Shown here in pieces: positions 1-8,020 of a stretch of 19,424 nt of DNA (positions are counted from its first letter, which is position 1; every line of letters starts with the position of its first letter). The stretch spans positions 1 through 19,424 of the forward strand of contig JBDKRC010000009.1 of assembly GCA_039683575.1 (NCBI GenBank), written 5' to 3'. Origin of the DNA: Armatimonadia bacterium. Lineage in GTDB: Bacteria; Armatimonadota; Zipacnadia; Zipacnadales; UBA11051. The notes beneath the pieces are model-generated. The model saw only the letters and a program-made list of their open reading frames with translations, had not been told where the DNA came from and did no database searches. Made by a program: the position numbers and the translations under genes.

Positions 1-2
1 GA

Positions 3-464
3 GGCGGTCCTGGTGGACCTCCCGCTGAGCCTGGGATGCCGGGCGCTCCCGGCGGAGCCGCCGGTGGTGCCGCTGCAGCTCCCGCGGCTGCCCCCGCCGC
101 AGAGCCCCCCAAGGGCCCAATGCTGACCGAAGCCGACCTCCGCGCCCACATCGGCCAGGAAGGCGGCTGGTTTGACCAGATTATCAGGGAATTCATCGCC
201 GCCAATACCCAGGCGGAGGCTGCTTTCCGCCAGGCCATCGCTGCCGGCCCGCCCGATGACGCTGATCTCTTGGCCAAGGCCGTCTACCTTCGCAGCGAGG
301 CCATCGGACACGCCGAGACGATCTGGGCTCTGACCAAGGATGCTGACCTGAAGGCCAAAATCGAGACATACGTGTACGTCAGCCGGATGCAGAGCAATAT
401 CGCCAGCCGCTGGGTACCCTACCAGCGCAAGGCCGAGCCGCAGGGCGAAGCAGCGGCCAAGTAG
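3..464 (+). CDS. Hypothetical protein, 5'-truncated; Pro/Gly/Ala-rich linker followed by a helical C-terminal domain
   Basis: The frame of the 36..464 ORF is open back to position 3 (GGPGGPPAEPG-M), so the gene begins before the window. GC3-rich codon usage; TAG stop ends at 464. Confidence 0.8.
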   Translation, partial: GGPGGPPAEPGMPGAPGGAAGGAAAAPAAAPAAEPPKGPMLTEADLRAHIGQEGGWFDQIIREFIAANTQAEAAFRQAIAAGPPDDADLLAKAVYLRSEAIGHAETIWALTKDADLKAKIETYVYVSRMQSNIASRWVPYQRKAEPQGEAAAK

Positions 465-543
465 CATCTTCTCAAACACAGCCCATGAGGCGAGCCCGGC
501 GGCCAGAGACCGCCCGTCACCCCGCCTCCCAATCACACCAAAG

Positions 544-1971
544 GTGAAGCCGATGCGCCTCAGGCGAGTATTCCTGATGCTCACAATAGTCCTGGCAGCC
601 ACCACCGCCATGCTGGTGCTCCTGCAGAGTGTGCCGTTTGCCCAGGAGGGCGCTCCTCCCGGGCCCGGCGCCCCTCCAGGTGGCCCTCCCGGTGCTGAAG
701 CCGGTATGCCTGGCATGCCCGGAGCGCCCGGTGGCGCCCCGGCTGGCGGCGGGCTGACCTGGAAGGAATACAAGGCTCCGGACGAACTCGCGCGCACCTA
801 CCCAGAGCATCTGGCGCGCACTGGCCCCAGCGACGCGAAGATCCCGCCCCAGTACCTCTTTAACCAGGATGGCACCCCCAAGCGCGCCACTCCCAATGAG
901 TGGTTCCAACTCCAGCGCATCTACAAGAAGCAGGTCGAGGCTGCTGCCGGAGCGGAAGCCAACGAACCCGGCCGGATCGGCGCAGGGATGGACCGCTACC
1001 TGACGCGTTGGGATGCCTACGACTACCACGCCGGCATGGCGGTCATCCAGGCGCATATTGACGGCGCCAACAGCTTCAGGATGGAAGTCGGTTACCCGCA
1101 GCTTGACGTGCAAAGCCCCGGTGGAGCCACGGTGCCGGTGCGCCTGCCCGTCATAATGCGCGTCAAGCCGTCTGCCCAGGCATATTACCCGGAGAAGGTC
1201 TATAAGCGCCTGAAGAAGTTCGACACTCTCGGGCAGGCCAGGGCCCAGGGCAACACCATCACGAACTCTCAGGAAACCTTCCGCATCATCACCCGCAAGG
1301 GCGGCTTCTATCATCCCCGAATCCTGAATTTGCCCAAAGGCTCAGCCGCAAACTGGACGACGCTCTGGGCCAGCACAGCGGTGATCGCCGTGCTCAAGGA
1401 CAAGTCCGGGAAGATCATGGCCACTAGCTCAGCGCCTGCAAACATCGGCCCCGACCCGCTGGCCAAGATCCTGTACCCCGACACAATCTATTTCAACCCC
1501 CGCTACAAGCTGCTGATCTGGCCTGAGGGCCGCAAGATCAACGGCAAGTGCTGGAACGTCTCCGGTACCAAGGGCTGGGCCTACGAGTTCACTTTCAATC
1601 TCACCCGCGCACAGCTGCGCCGCCTGCACACGGCTGAAGCCAAGTTCGTCTCGCCGATGGTGCTGGGCATGGCCCTGATCGCCGGCGACCTCAAGGGCGG
1701 CGACCTCGAGACGCTGTGGGATCAGCTTGATAAGACCAACCTCAGTCTCAGTCTCGATGACATGGCCAAGCAACTGATGACCCCAGAAGGCCGGAACGCC
1801 GCGATGGCACGGGTACAGGCTTTCCTCGGAGCCAGCGTGCCCGCCGGTGCCGCGGCAGGTGCCGGCCCCGGTGCAGGGCCGGGCGCCGAACCCGGTATGG
1901 CAGCGCCCGCAGGGCCTGCTGGCCCCGGGCCCGGCGGCATGCCGCCAGCACCCGGCGCTCCCCCGATGTAG
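544..1971 (+). CDS. Secreted or membrane-anchored hypothetical protein with Pro/Gly/Met-rich N- and C-terminal tails
   Basis: 475-aa ORF with GC3-rich codons. Basic N-terminus plus hydrophobic stretch (MRLRRVFLMLTIVLAATTAMLVLLQSVPFA-QE) looks like a Sec signal peptide. Start is GTG 544 or ATG 553. No family recognised. Confidence 0.8.
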   Translation: MKPMRLRRVFLMLTIVLAATTAMLVLLQSVPFAQEGAPPGPGAPPGGPPGAEAGMPGMPGAPGGAPAGGGLTWKEYKAPDELARTYPEHLARTGPSDAKIPPQYLFNQDGTPKRATPNEWFQLQRIYKKQVEAAAGAEANEPGRIGAGMDRYLTRWDAYDYHAGMAVIQAHIDGANSFRMEVGYPQLDVQSPGGATVPVRLPVIMRVKPSAQAYYPEKVYKRLKKFDTLGQARAQGNTITNSQETFRIITRKGGFYHPRILNLPKGSAANWTTLWASTAVIAVLKDKSGKIMATSSAPANIGPDPLAKILYPDTIYFNPRYKLLIWPEGRKINGKCWNVSGTKGWAYEFTFNLTRAQLRRLHTAEAKFVSPMVLGMALIAGDLKGGDLETLWDQLDKTNLSLSLDDMAKQLMTPEGRNAAMARVQAFLGASVPAGAAAGAGPGAGPGAEPGMAAPAGPAGPGPGGMPPAPGAPPM

Positions 1972-1992
1972 TCGGCCAATTCCTCAGAACCA

Positions 1993-2024
1993 AACAGGGC
2001 CTTGCCAAATGGCAAGGCCCTGTT
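1993..2024. terminator. Perfect 14-bp hairpin between convergent genes, probable intrinsic (possibly bidirectional) terminator
   Basis: AACAGGGCCTTGCC-aaat-GGCAAGGCCCTGTT, starting about 20 nt after the stop at 1971; U-tracts are short on both strands. Confidence 0.65.
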
Positions 2025-2070
2025 GCATTCTCAGTTAGCTTAGCGCAGCTTCTCCCCCGCTTGCTGCCCC

Positions 2071-2097
2071 TCGCAAGGCCCTGAATATCGCTCCTAC
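2071..2097 (-). repeat. Degenerate GTAG-type REP-like element
   Basis: Minus strand reads GTAGGAGCGA-tattcagggcc-TTGCGA: the same GTRG-GA-GCG...GC-GA frame as the element at 16330, but with a weak palindrome. Confidence 0.35.
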
Positions 2098-2189
2098 GGG
2101 CACAACAGGGCAACGCGCATGCGGGGGACGGGTGGCGGGGACTACGCCTCTCACGACGCTTCTTTGTCGCCCAGGCTTGGGTCCTGGTA

Positions 2190-3731
2190 CTACGTGCGGG
2201 AGAGGAGGGCCTTGTAGAGGGCGTCCAGCCCAGCAACCGCAGCCTCGTCCTCAGCCGGCAGGACATGAACTCTCTCCGGTGGAGCGACCTTCAGCCGGAT
2301 CAGGTCATCGCGCGTGTCAGGTACGGGGACAATCAGAGCCGATGTGACCTGGGTGCAGGCACGTCCCAAAACGCCCTTGCCGTCGCTTCCCGTGCAGCTA
2401 TGGACGATGAAGGACGTCTCGCACAGGGCTGCGGCCAAACGCCCAACGCCACCAAGATCGTCACCGCAGGTGTGCACGATCTGTGGGCGAGACCGGCGGA
2501 TCACGCGATACAGGCCAAAGAACGCGCGGAGCTTGCCCAGTGGCCCGAGCTTCCTCGGTGCCAGCCCCAGCGTACACACCTCAATGCCCTGCGCACCATG
2601 TGTGTCTGCCGAAATGCCATTGCTGCCGCAGATGACGACGTCATGCCAACCCATGGCTGCAAGCTGCTGGCTGAGGTCAAGCTCGCCGCTATTGGTGATG
2701 CGGCAGATCGTGTTCTCCTGGTGCCAGCGCGTGCCCTCGGGCGCCAGCTTCAGCCGGTAGCTATACAGGGCCAGAAGTGCGATGGGGAGGACGCCAACCG
2801 CGGTTGCGAACACGGTCACAGCCAGGCTGCCCGTCGCCCACGCTGCCGTGGCGGCGATGCAGGTCAGCAGCGAGACCAGGCTCATTCGCAGCGTCACTTC
2901 GCACCGCGGCAGGCCTGACCTGTAGAGCCGTTCGGAGATATGATCCTTGGTGCGGGAGAGCGCCTTAGCGCCCTTGCGCTTCCTGATGTAGATCGTGTGC
3001 CCCGCGTTCACTGCCACCAGGCCAATCGGCAGCACCGCGGCGAGGGCGTGAACCGGCGAGGGCGCGTGCTGGACGAGGTAGGCGGAGAGTACGAACAATC
3101 CCGCTCCAAGTGCCAGCGCTCCCATGTCGCCGAGGAAGATGCCCGCAGGGGCTATCATGCGCCAGTTCAGCGAGAGGAAGCCCAGGCACGCCCCGCTCAT
3201 CGCGAAGGCCGCGACGGCCACGTCTGGCATCCCGGAAAGCCACGCCATGGTGCCCAGAGCAGCCGCGGAAATGGCGGTCATGAGGCCAGTCAAGCCATCC
3301 ACTGTGTCCAGCAGGTTGACAGCGTTCGAGATGAACAGAAAGCCCAGGCAGAATACCGGGATTGAGATGAGAGGCGCCACAAAGGGCTCCGGCCATAGCA
3401 GCACTGCAGCCGCGGTCCCAGGCAGAAGCGCCAGCATCTTCTTAGTCGGGTTAACAGGCTTGATGTCGTCGGCCAGCCCCACCAGCGCCACCAGCGTGAC
3501 GCTGACGGTCAGGGCCGGCAGCAGTGGCACGTCGTGGCCCATCACCCATGCGCCGATGAACATTGCGGCGAGTACCGCCAACCCGCCGAGCAGAGGCGTC
3601 GCACGCTTGTGGAGTTTCACGGCCTGGGGCTCGTCGACCACCCGCACCCGGCGAGCGAACTGAGCCGTGAGCGGTGTCAAGATCAGCGCAGCGGCAAGTG
3701 CTATGGCGAAGCTAGCTGCAATCACATCCAT
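2190..3731 (-). CDS. WecA/TagO (MraY-like, PNPT family) polyprenyl-phosphate HexNAc-1-phosphate transferase fused to a C-terminal partial GT4-like domain
   Basis: Multiple TM segments with PNPT motifs: KLHKRATPLLGG, GLADD, NAVNLLDTVDGL, IFLGDMG. The last ~175 aa resemble a GT4 N-terminal Rossmann domain (RPQIVHT..GRLAA..IVHS). AAGGA lies upstream of the ATG. Confidence 0.85.
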   Translation of the reverse strand: MDVIAASFAIALAAALILTPLTAQFARRVRVVDEPQAVKLHKRATPLLGGLAVLAAMFIGAWVMGHDVPLLPALTVSVTLVALVGLADDIKPVNPTKKMLALLPGTAAAVLLWPEPFVAPLISIPVFCLGFLFISNAVNLLDTVDGLTGLMTAISAAALGTMAWLSGMPDVAVAAFAMSGACLGFLSLNWRMIAPAGIFLGDMGALALGAGLFVLSAYLVQHAPSPVHALAAVLPIGLVAVNAGHTIYIRKRKGAKALSRTKDHISERLYRSGLPRCEVTLRMSLVSLLTCIAATAAWATGSLAVTVFATAVGVLPIALLALYSYRLKLAPEGTRWHQENTICRITNSGELDLSQQLAAMGWHDVVICGSNGISADTHGAQGIEVCTLGLAPRKLGPLGKLRAFFGLYRVIRRSRPQIVHTCGDDLGGVGRLAAALCETSFIVHSCTGSDGKGVLGRACTQVTSALIVPVPDTRDDLIRLKVAPPERVHVLPAEDEAAVAGLDALYKALLSRT

Positions 3732-3766
3732 TGAGCAGGTTATCCTTGTGGGGCGAATCGCTGGGA

Positions 3767-5131
3767 CTAGGCTGCCGGCACACTAACCGTGCCGCGGGCA
3801 CGATCCCTTGCTTCCACCGCTTCGCGCATGACCACGATGCCAACAGAAGCGAGCACCGGGAACATGGGCCCGGTGAGCCACGGGTAAAGAACCACAGACC
3901 CCAGCGTGAAGAACACGAAGAAGAGTATACACAGAAGAGGGAAATTGTTGTATGGGTCTGTTTTGGCCGTCGCGCGCATGTACCTGCGGGCGCATCTGAT
4001 GCTGGTGATCCAGACCCCCAAAAAGCAGAAGATGGCAGGGATGCCATAGCGCCCCAGCACCGCCGTATAGGCGCTGTGGTAGCCGATGGTAGTCTGCAGA
4101 TAGTCGCGCGGATTGGCCGCCGTGCCGTACCCGAACCAGCGGGCGTGGGCGATGGTGGTCTTGGCCTGTTCATCGCGGTAGGCGGTAACTCCGCCAGCCT
4201 CGTCCTCTGCCCGGCGCTCCTGCTTGGTCGCGATGGCCTCCCAGATGCGGAAGGCCTCACCGTAGCTTGACAGAGACGCCGCAACGCCCAACGCTATCAT
4301 AATCGCCACGAACGCGGCATACACGCGCATGAGGCGCGCTGCACGCTTGTGGTTGAGAACTGTGAAGATGATGATCAGGAGCAGGGAAGTGGCAACGGAC
4401 GTGCGGTAGGCTGTGGTCACCCCGACCATCAGCGCCAGGAACAGCATCAGCGAGAGCGCGATGACGTACCGCTGGCCCGCTTTGCCATACGACAGTGCGC
4501 CGCCCAGCAGCCCTAGCGTTGCTGCGACCATGAGGGAGGAGACCTCGCCCAGATGGATTGTGTAGGCGAGAATGCCCTGGTATGGCTGGCCGAAGTGCGG
4601 GGGAGCCAGCACGAGCGACATCAGGATCAGCGTAAGTGCCGACAGCAACACGCTGCAGGCCGCAATGAAGCTTCCTCGACGCCCGAACAGCAGCGGCAAT
4701 ATGTTGAAGAAGATCACCGGCACCCCAACGAGGTAGAAAATCGCCGGTGCAATGCCCGCGCCATGCAGCAGACAAGAGGCCAGGGCGCACAGGGCGAACA
4801 GGACCCAAACCACTGCCGGCAGGCTGGACTTGCGGGGGAAGCCAGCGGTGCGCAGCCATGCCAGAGACAGCAGGCCGACCAGCGCGGCCCCCAGGAGCGC
4901 CAGCCACGGCAGCCAGTGGATGCTGCCGGTCGGAAACTCAGACACGTACAAGTAATGGGCCGTGATCGTCGTGGAGAAGAGCAGGATCAGCAGGGCCTCG
5001 CGCCGCACCGCGCGCTTGGGCATCCGGAACACCTTGCGGGGCCGGACGACTGTCGGTTCGTTTACCTGCTCGGCTGCGTCTAGCGGCATTGGATAATTCC
5101 CTGTGCCCCGGCCGGGGCCGACTTCAGACAC
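3767..5131 (-). CDS. Wzy polymerase / O-antigen ligase family membrane protein
   Basis: Ten or more hydrophobic segments, TAYRTS (T.SR-like) motif, a large loop with R...FGYG and YHSAY...GRYG (cf. HN.YL...E.G). Start is GTG 5131 or ATG 5089. Confidence 0.75.
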   Translation of the reverse strand: MSEVGPGRGTGNYPMPLDAAEQVNEPTVVRPRKVFRMPKRAVRREALLILLFSTTITAHYLYVSEFPTGSIHWLPWLALLGAALVGLLSLAWLRTAGFPRKSSLPAVVWVLFALCALASCLLHGAGIAPAIFYLVGVPVIFFNILPLLFGRRGSFIAACSVLLSALTLILMSLVLAPPHFGQPYQGILAYTIHLGEVSSLMVAATLGLLGGALSYGKAGQRYVIALSLMLFLALMVGVTTAYRTSVATSLLLIIIFTVLNHKRAARLMRVYAAFVAIMIALGVAASLSSYGEAFRIWEAIATKQERRAEDEAGGVTAYRDEQAKTTIAHARWFGYGTAANPRDYLQTTIGYHSAYTAVLGRYGIPAIFCFLGVWITSIRCARRYMRATAKTDPYNNFPLLCILFFVFFTLGSVVLYPWLTGPMFPVLASVGIVVMREAVEARDRARGTVSVPAA

Positions 5132-5154
5132 CTACACTGGCCTCGATCCCGAGA

Positions 5155-6036
5155 CTATCGCTTGATAGGGACCTCGGTAGCCATGATCTGGGCAAGTGCG
5201 GCTTCCGCGTCTGCCCGCTGCGCGGGGGTAACCGGCTGGCTCTTCATGCGTATCAGGACATCCTGCATGCCCAGCGCCCCGAAGACCGCAAAGGCTGCGC
5301 CCCATACGTACGTGCGGGCGATGTGCTTCAGCGTACCCGCGCGTCCCACCAGTTGCGGGCCATGCATCCGGACCATGCGGCGCTGGTAGTTCCGCGCGCG
5401 CAGAAACTTCCGCACCGTGATGCCGCTCTCATCCACCAGGTACAGCGGCTTGGGGATGACGGCAAAGCCGGAGGAGCCGCAAGTTCGGCACCACAGGTCC
5501 CGGTCCTCGAAACCATGCAAGTAGGTCTCATCATACGGGTTGTTCCGGAACCACTCGGCCCGGCCCATGATCGTGGCATGCATGAAAGCGGGGCGGGCGA
5601 GGGTTTGAGGCGGCTCTATCGGGGCAGCGCTGCCCTCAACGCCATGAACGCCCTTGCGAGCGTCCATCGCATACATCAAAGTCCCAACGACGTCAACTTC
5701 GGGCCGCTGGTCCAGCAGGGCTACCTGCTCTTCCAACCTGCGAGGGTGCATCAGGTCGTCGGAGTCCATCCGGGCGATGTACTTGCCTTTGGTGACGCGG
5801 TGTAGCGCGTTCAGGCGCCCCGGCAGCTTGAGATTCTGCCCATCGCTGATGACACGGACGCGCGGATCATCTATGGAGCGCGCCACCTCCAGGGAACCAT
5901 CGGTAGAGCCGTCATCCATCAGGACGAGTTCCCAATCCTGGAACGTCTGCCCGAATACCGAACGAACCGAGTTAAGTAGGGTTGCCTCACTGTTATAGAA
6001 GGGAATACCCACGGATACGGTGGGACCTGTACTCAT
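5155..6036 (-). CDS. Glycosyltransferase family 2 (paralog A), 293 aa
   Basis: VSVGIPFYNSE, DDGSTD, RMDSDD, FED. Start moved to ATG 6036 (AGGA upstream) because the longer ORF overlaps the next gene and the paralogs start at the equivalent position. Confidence 0.92.
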   Translation of the reverse strand: MSTGPTVSVGIPFYNSEATLLNSVRSVFGQTFQDWELVLMDDGSTDGSLEVARSIDDPRVRVISDGQNLKLPGRLNALHRVTKGKYIARMDSDDLMHPRRLEEQVALLDQRPEVDVVGTLMYAMDARKGVHGVEGSAAPIEPPQTLARPAFMHATIMGRAEWFRNNPYDETYLHGFEDRDLWCRTCGSSGFAVIPKPLYLVDESGITVRKFLRARNYQRRMVRMHGPQLVGRAGTLKHIARTYVWGAAFAVFGALGMQDVLIRMKSQPVTPAQRADAEAALAQIMATEVPIKR

Positions 6037-6088
6037 GGCGATACTATCCTGTGCGTTTCGTAGGTTCCCGCCCCCGGCAGCCTGTCTT

Positions 6089-7009
6089 TCAGGCTGATGC
6101 CACTGCGCCAGCGCCCTTGAGCGGGACGGGCGTGTTGCGGATCCTCTCGATCGCGGCCGCCACATCAGCCTGCTCCTCCAGCGACAGCGGACGAGAGTTG
6201 TGGCGAACCAGGCGGTCCTCGATGTGAAACAGCCCGAAGGCCCTGTACAGGCCCGCATGGACATACGTGCGCGCGTAGCGAACTATGGTGCCGGGCCACC
6301 CCACTAGCTGCGGGCCATAGTCACGCAGCAGTCGCCGCCGGAAGACCATCCGGCGCAGGAACCCTCCGACCAGGTCCGGATTCGTCTCATCCGCATGAAC
6401 CGGGTACAGGTACAGCGCCTCGTTGATCTGCGTGAACTTCGAATGGCGGCAGGTGCGACACCACAGCTCGGAATCCTGCGCTCGCGCCCACGTCTCATCA
6501 TACGGGTTGTCCAGGAACCACTGCGGCCTGCCCATGATGGTCGGATGCATCAGCGCCACCTTGCCCAGCAACTCCGAAGGATGGAACTCGCGCCCCGCAA
6601 TGCCTCCCGCGCCGACGCCATACACCTCGTACGGCGCCGACATCATGTACATCAGTGAGCCCACCACATCCACCTCTGGATGCTCGGTAAGCACCGCGAT
6701 CTCTTTCTCAAGCCGCTGCGGGTGCATCATGTCGTCCGCGTCCATGCGAGCCACGTAGACTCCACGGGCCTCGCGGTGGATCTGATTCAGACGCGCCGCC
6801 AGCTTCAGGTTATTGCCGTCGGAAATGACCCGAACCCTCGGATCATCAATCGAGCGCGCGACCTCCAGCGAGTTGTCCGTCGAACCGTCGTCCAGAAGCA
6901 CCAGTTCCCAGTCCTGCACCGTCTGAGCGAAGATGGAGCGCACCGCGTCCAGCAGCGTGCTTTCGTTGTTGTAGAAGGGAAGGCCGATTGTCACCATCGG
7001 GGAGCCCAT
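6089..7009 (-). CDS. Glycosyltransferase family 2 (paralog B), 306 aa
   Basis: VTIGLPFYNNE, DDGSTD, RMDADD, AQD. AGGAG RBS upstream. Confidence 0.92.
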   Translation of the reverse strand: MGSPMVTIGLPFYNNESTLLDAVRSIFAQTVQDWELVLLDDGSTDNSLEVARSIDDPRVRVISDGNNLKLAARLNQIHREARGVYVARMDADDMMHPQRLEKEIAVLTEHPEVDVVGSLMYMMSAPYEVYGVGAGGIAGREFHPSELLGKVALMHPTIMGRPQWFLDNPYDETWARAQDSELWCRTCRHSKFTQINEALYLYPVHADETNPDLVGGFLRRMVFRRRLLRDYGPQLVGWPGTIVRYARTYVHAGLYRAFGLFHIEDRLVRHNSRPLSLEEQADVAAAIERIRNTPVPLKGAGAVASA

Positions 7010-7058
7010 GCGACACTACTCCTGGAAACGGTATCGTGATGTTGTCCTGCAGGCCGAA

Positions 7059-7955
7059 CTATCTGGTCGGTATCTCGGTTGCCAGTAGCTTGGCCAGCCC
7101 TGCTTCCGCTTCCGCCTGCTGCTCCGCCGTCAGCGGCCGCGCCCAACGCTGCATGAGGCCGGTTGACTTCCTAATCGTGCCATACACCCGGTACGCGGCA
7201 TACTTGTAGTACATTTCCGCGAGGAGTTTCATCGTGCCAAGCTGGCCGACGAACTCCGGCCCGTACATCTTGATCAGGCGGCGGCGGAAGCCCAAGGCCC
7301 TGGCGCGCTTGGCCATCACATTCTCATCGGTGACCTCTACATAGTAGAGCGGCTCCTCAATCTGCGCGAACTTCGAGGTCCGGCACGTGCGGCACCAGAG
7401 CTCAGAGTCGATGAACCGCGCCCACGTCTCGTCGTACGGGTTCTGGCGGAACCACTCGGCCTTGCCGGTCGCCGTCCCATGAATGACAATCTGCGGCCCC
7501 AGCGTCTCGGCCGGCTTGAAGTCGCGGGTCGCCAGCACCGCCAGCGACCCAGTGCTGATCCCGTAGATGCGGTACTGGCTGTCGATCATGTACATCTGCG
7601 TCCCGACCACATCAACCTCAGGTCGCGCTTCGAGCAGTTCAATCTGCCGCTTCAGCCTGTCCGGATGCATCAGATCATCAGCGTCGAGGACCGCGATGTA
7701 CTTCCCGCGTGCTTCCCGGGTGATCTGGTTCCGCCTCGCTGCCACTTTGAGGTTGCGCCCGTCGCTGATGACCCGAATTCTCGGGTCCTGCACGGATTGG
7801 GCCACCTGCAGCGACCCGTCCGGCGAGCCATCATCCGCCAGGATCATCTCCCAATCCTCAAGGCTCTGCGCCAGCACCGAGCGGATGGTATTCAGCAATG
7901 TGCGTTCGTTGTTATAGAAGGGAACTGCAACTGTGACCAGGGGAGTTTCAGACAT
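7059..7955 (-). CDS. Glycosyltransferase family 2 (paralog C), 298 aa
   Basis: VTVAVPFYNNE, DDGSPD, VLDADD, FID. Start moved to ATG 7955 (GAAGGA upstream). Confidence 0.92.
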   Translation of the reverse strand: MSETPLVTVAVPFYNNERTLLNTIRSVLAQSLEDWEMILADDGSPDGSLQVAQSVQDPRIRVISDGRNLKVAARRNQITREARGKYIAVLDADDLMHPDRLKRQIELLEARPEVDVVGTQMYMIDSQYRIYGISTGSLAVLATRDFKPAETLGPQIVIHGTATGKAEWFRQNPYDETWARFIDSELWCRTCRTSKFAQIEEPLYYVEVTDENVMAKRARALGFRRRLIKMYGPEFVGQLGTMKLLAEMYYKYAAYRVYGTIRKSTGLMQRWARPLTAEQQAEAEAGLAKLLATEIPTR

Positions 7956-8020
7956 GAACTTGGTCCTTCCGGTGCTGCATGCGGCGCTGCAAATACTCAA
8001 CCTGAGACTAGGTTGCATCG

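Noticed and set aside
640-760. Collagen-like repeat in the Pro/Gly tracts
   Set aside because: No sustained Gly-X-Y periodicity.
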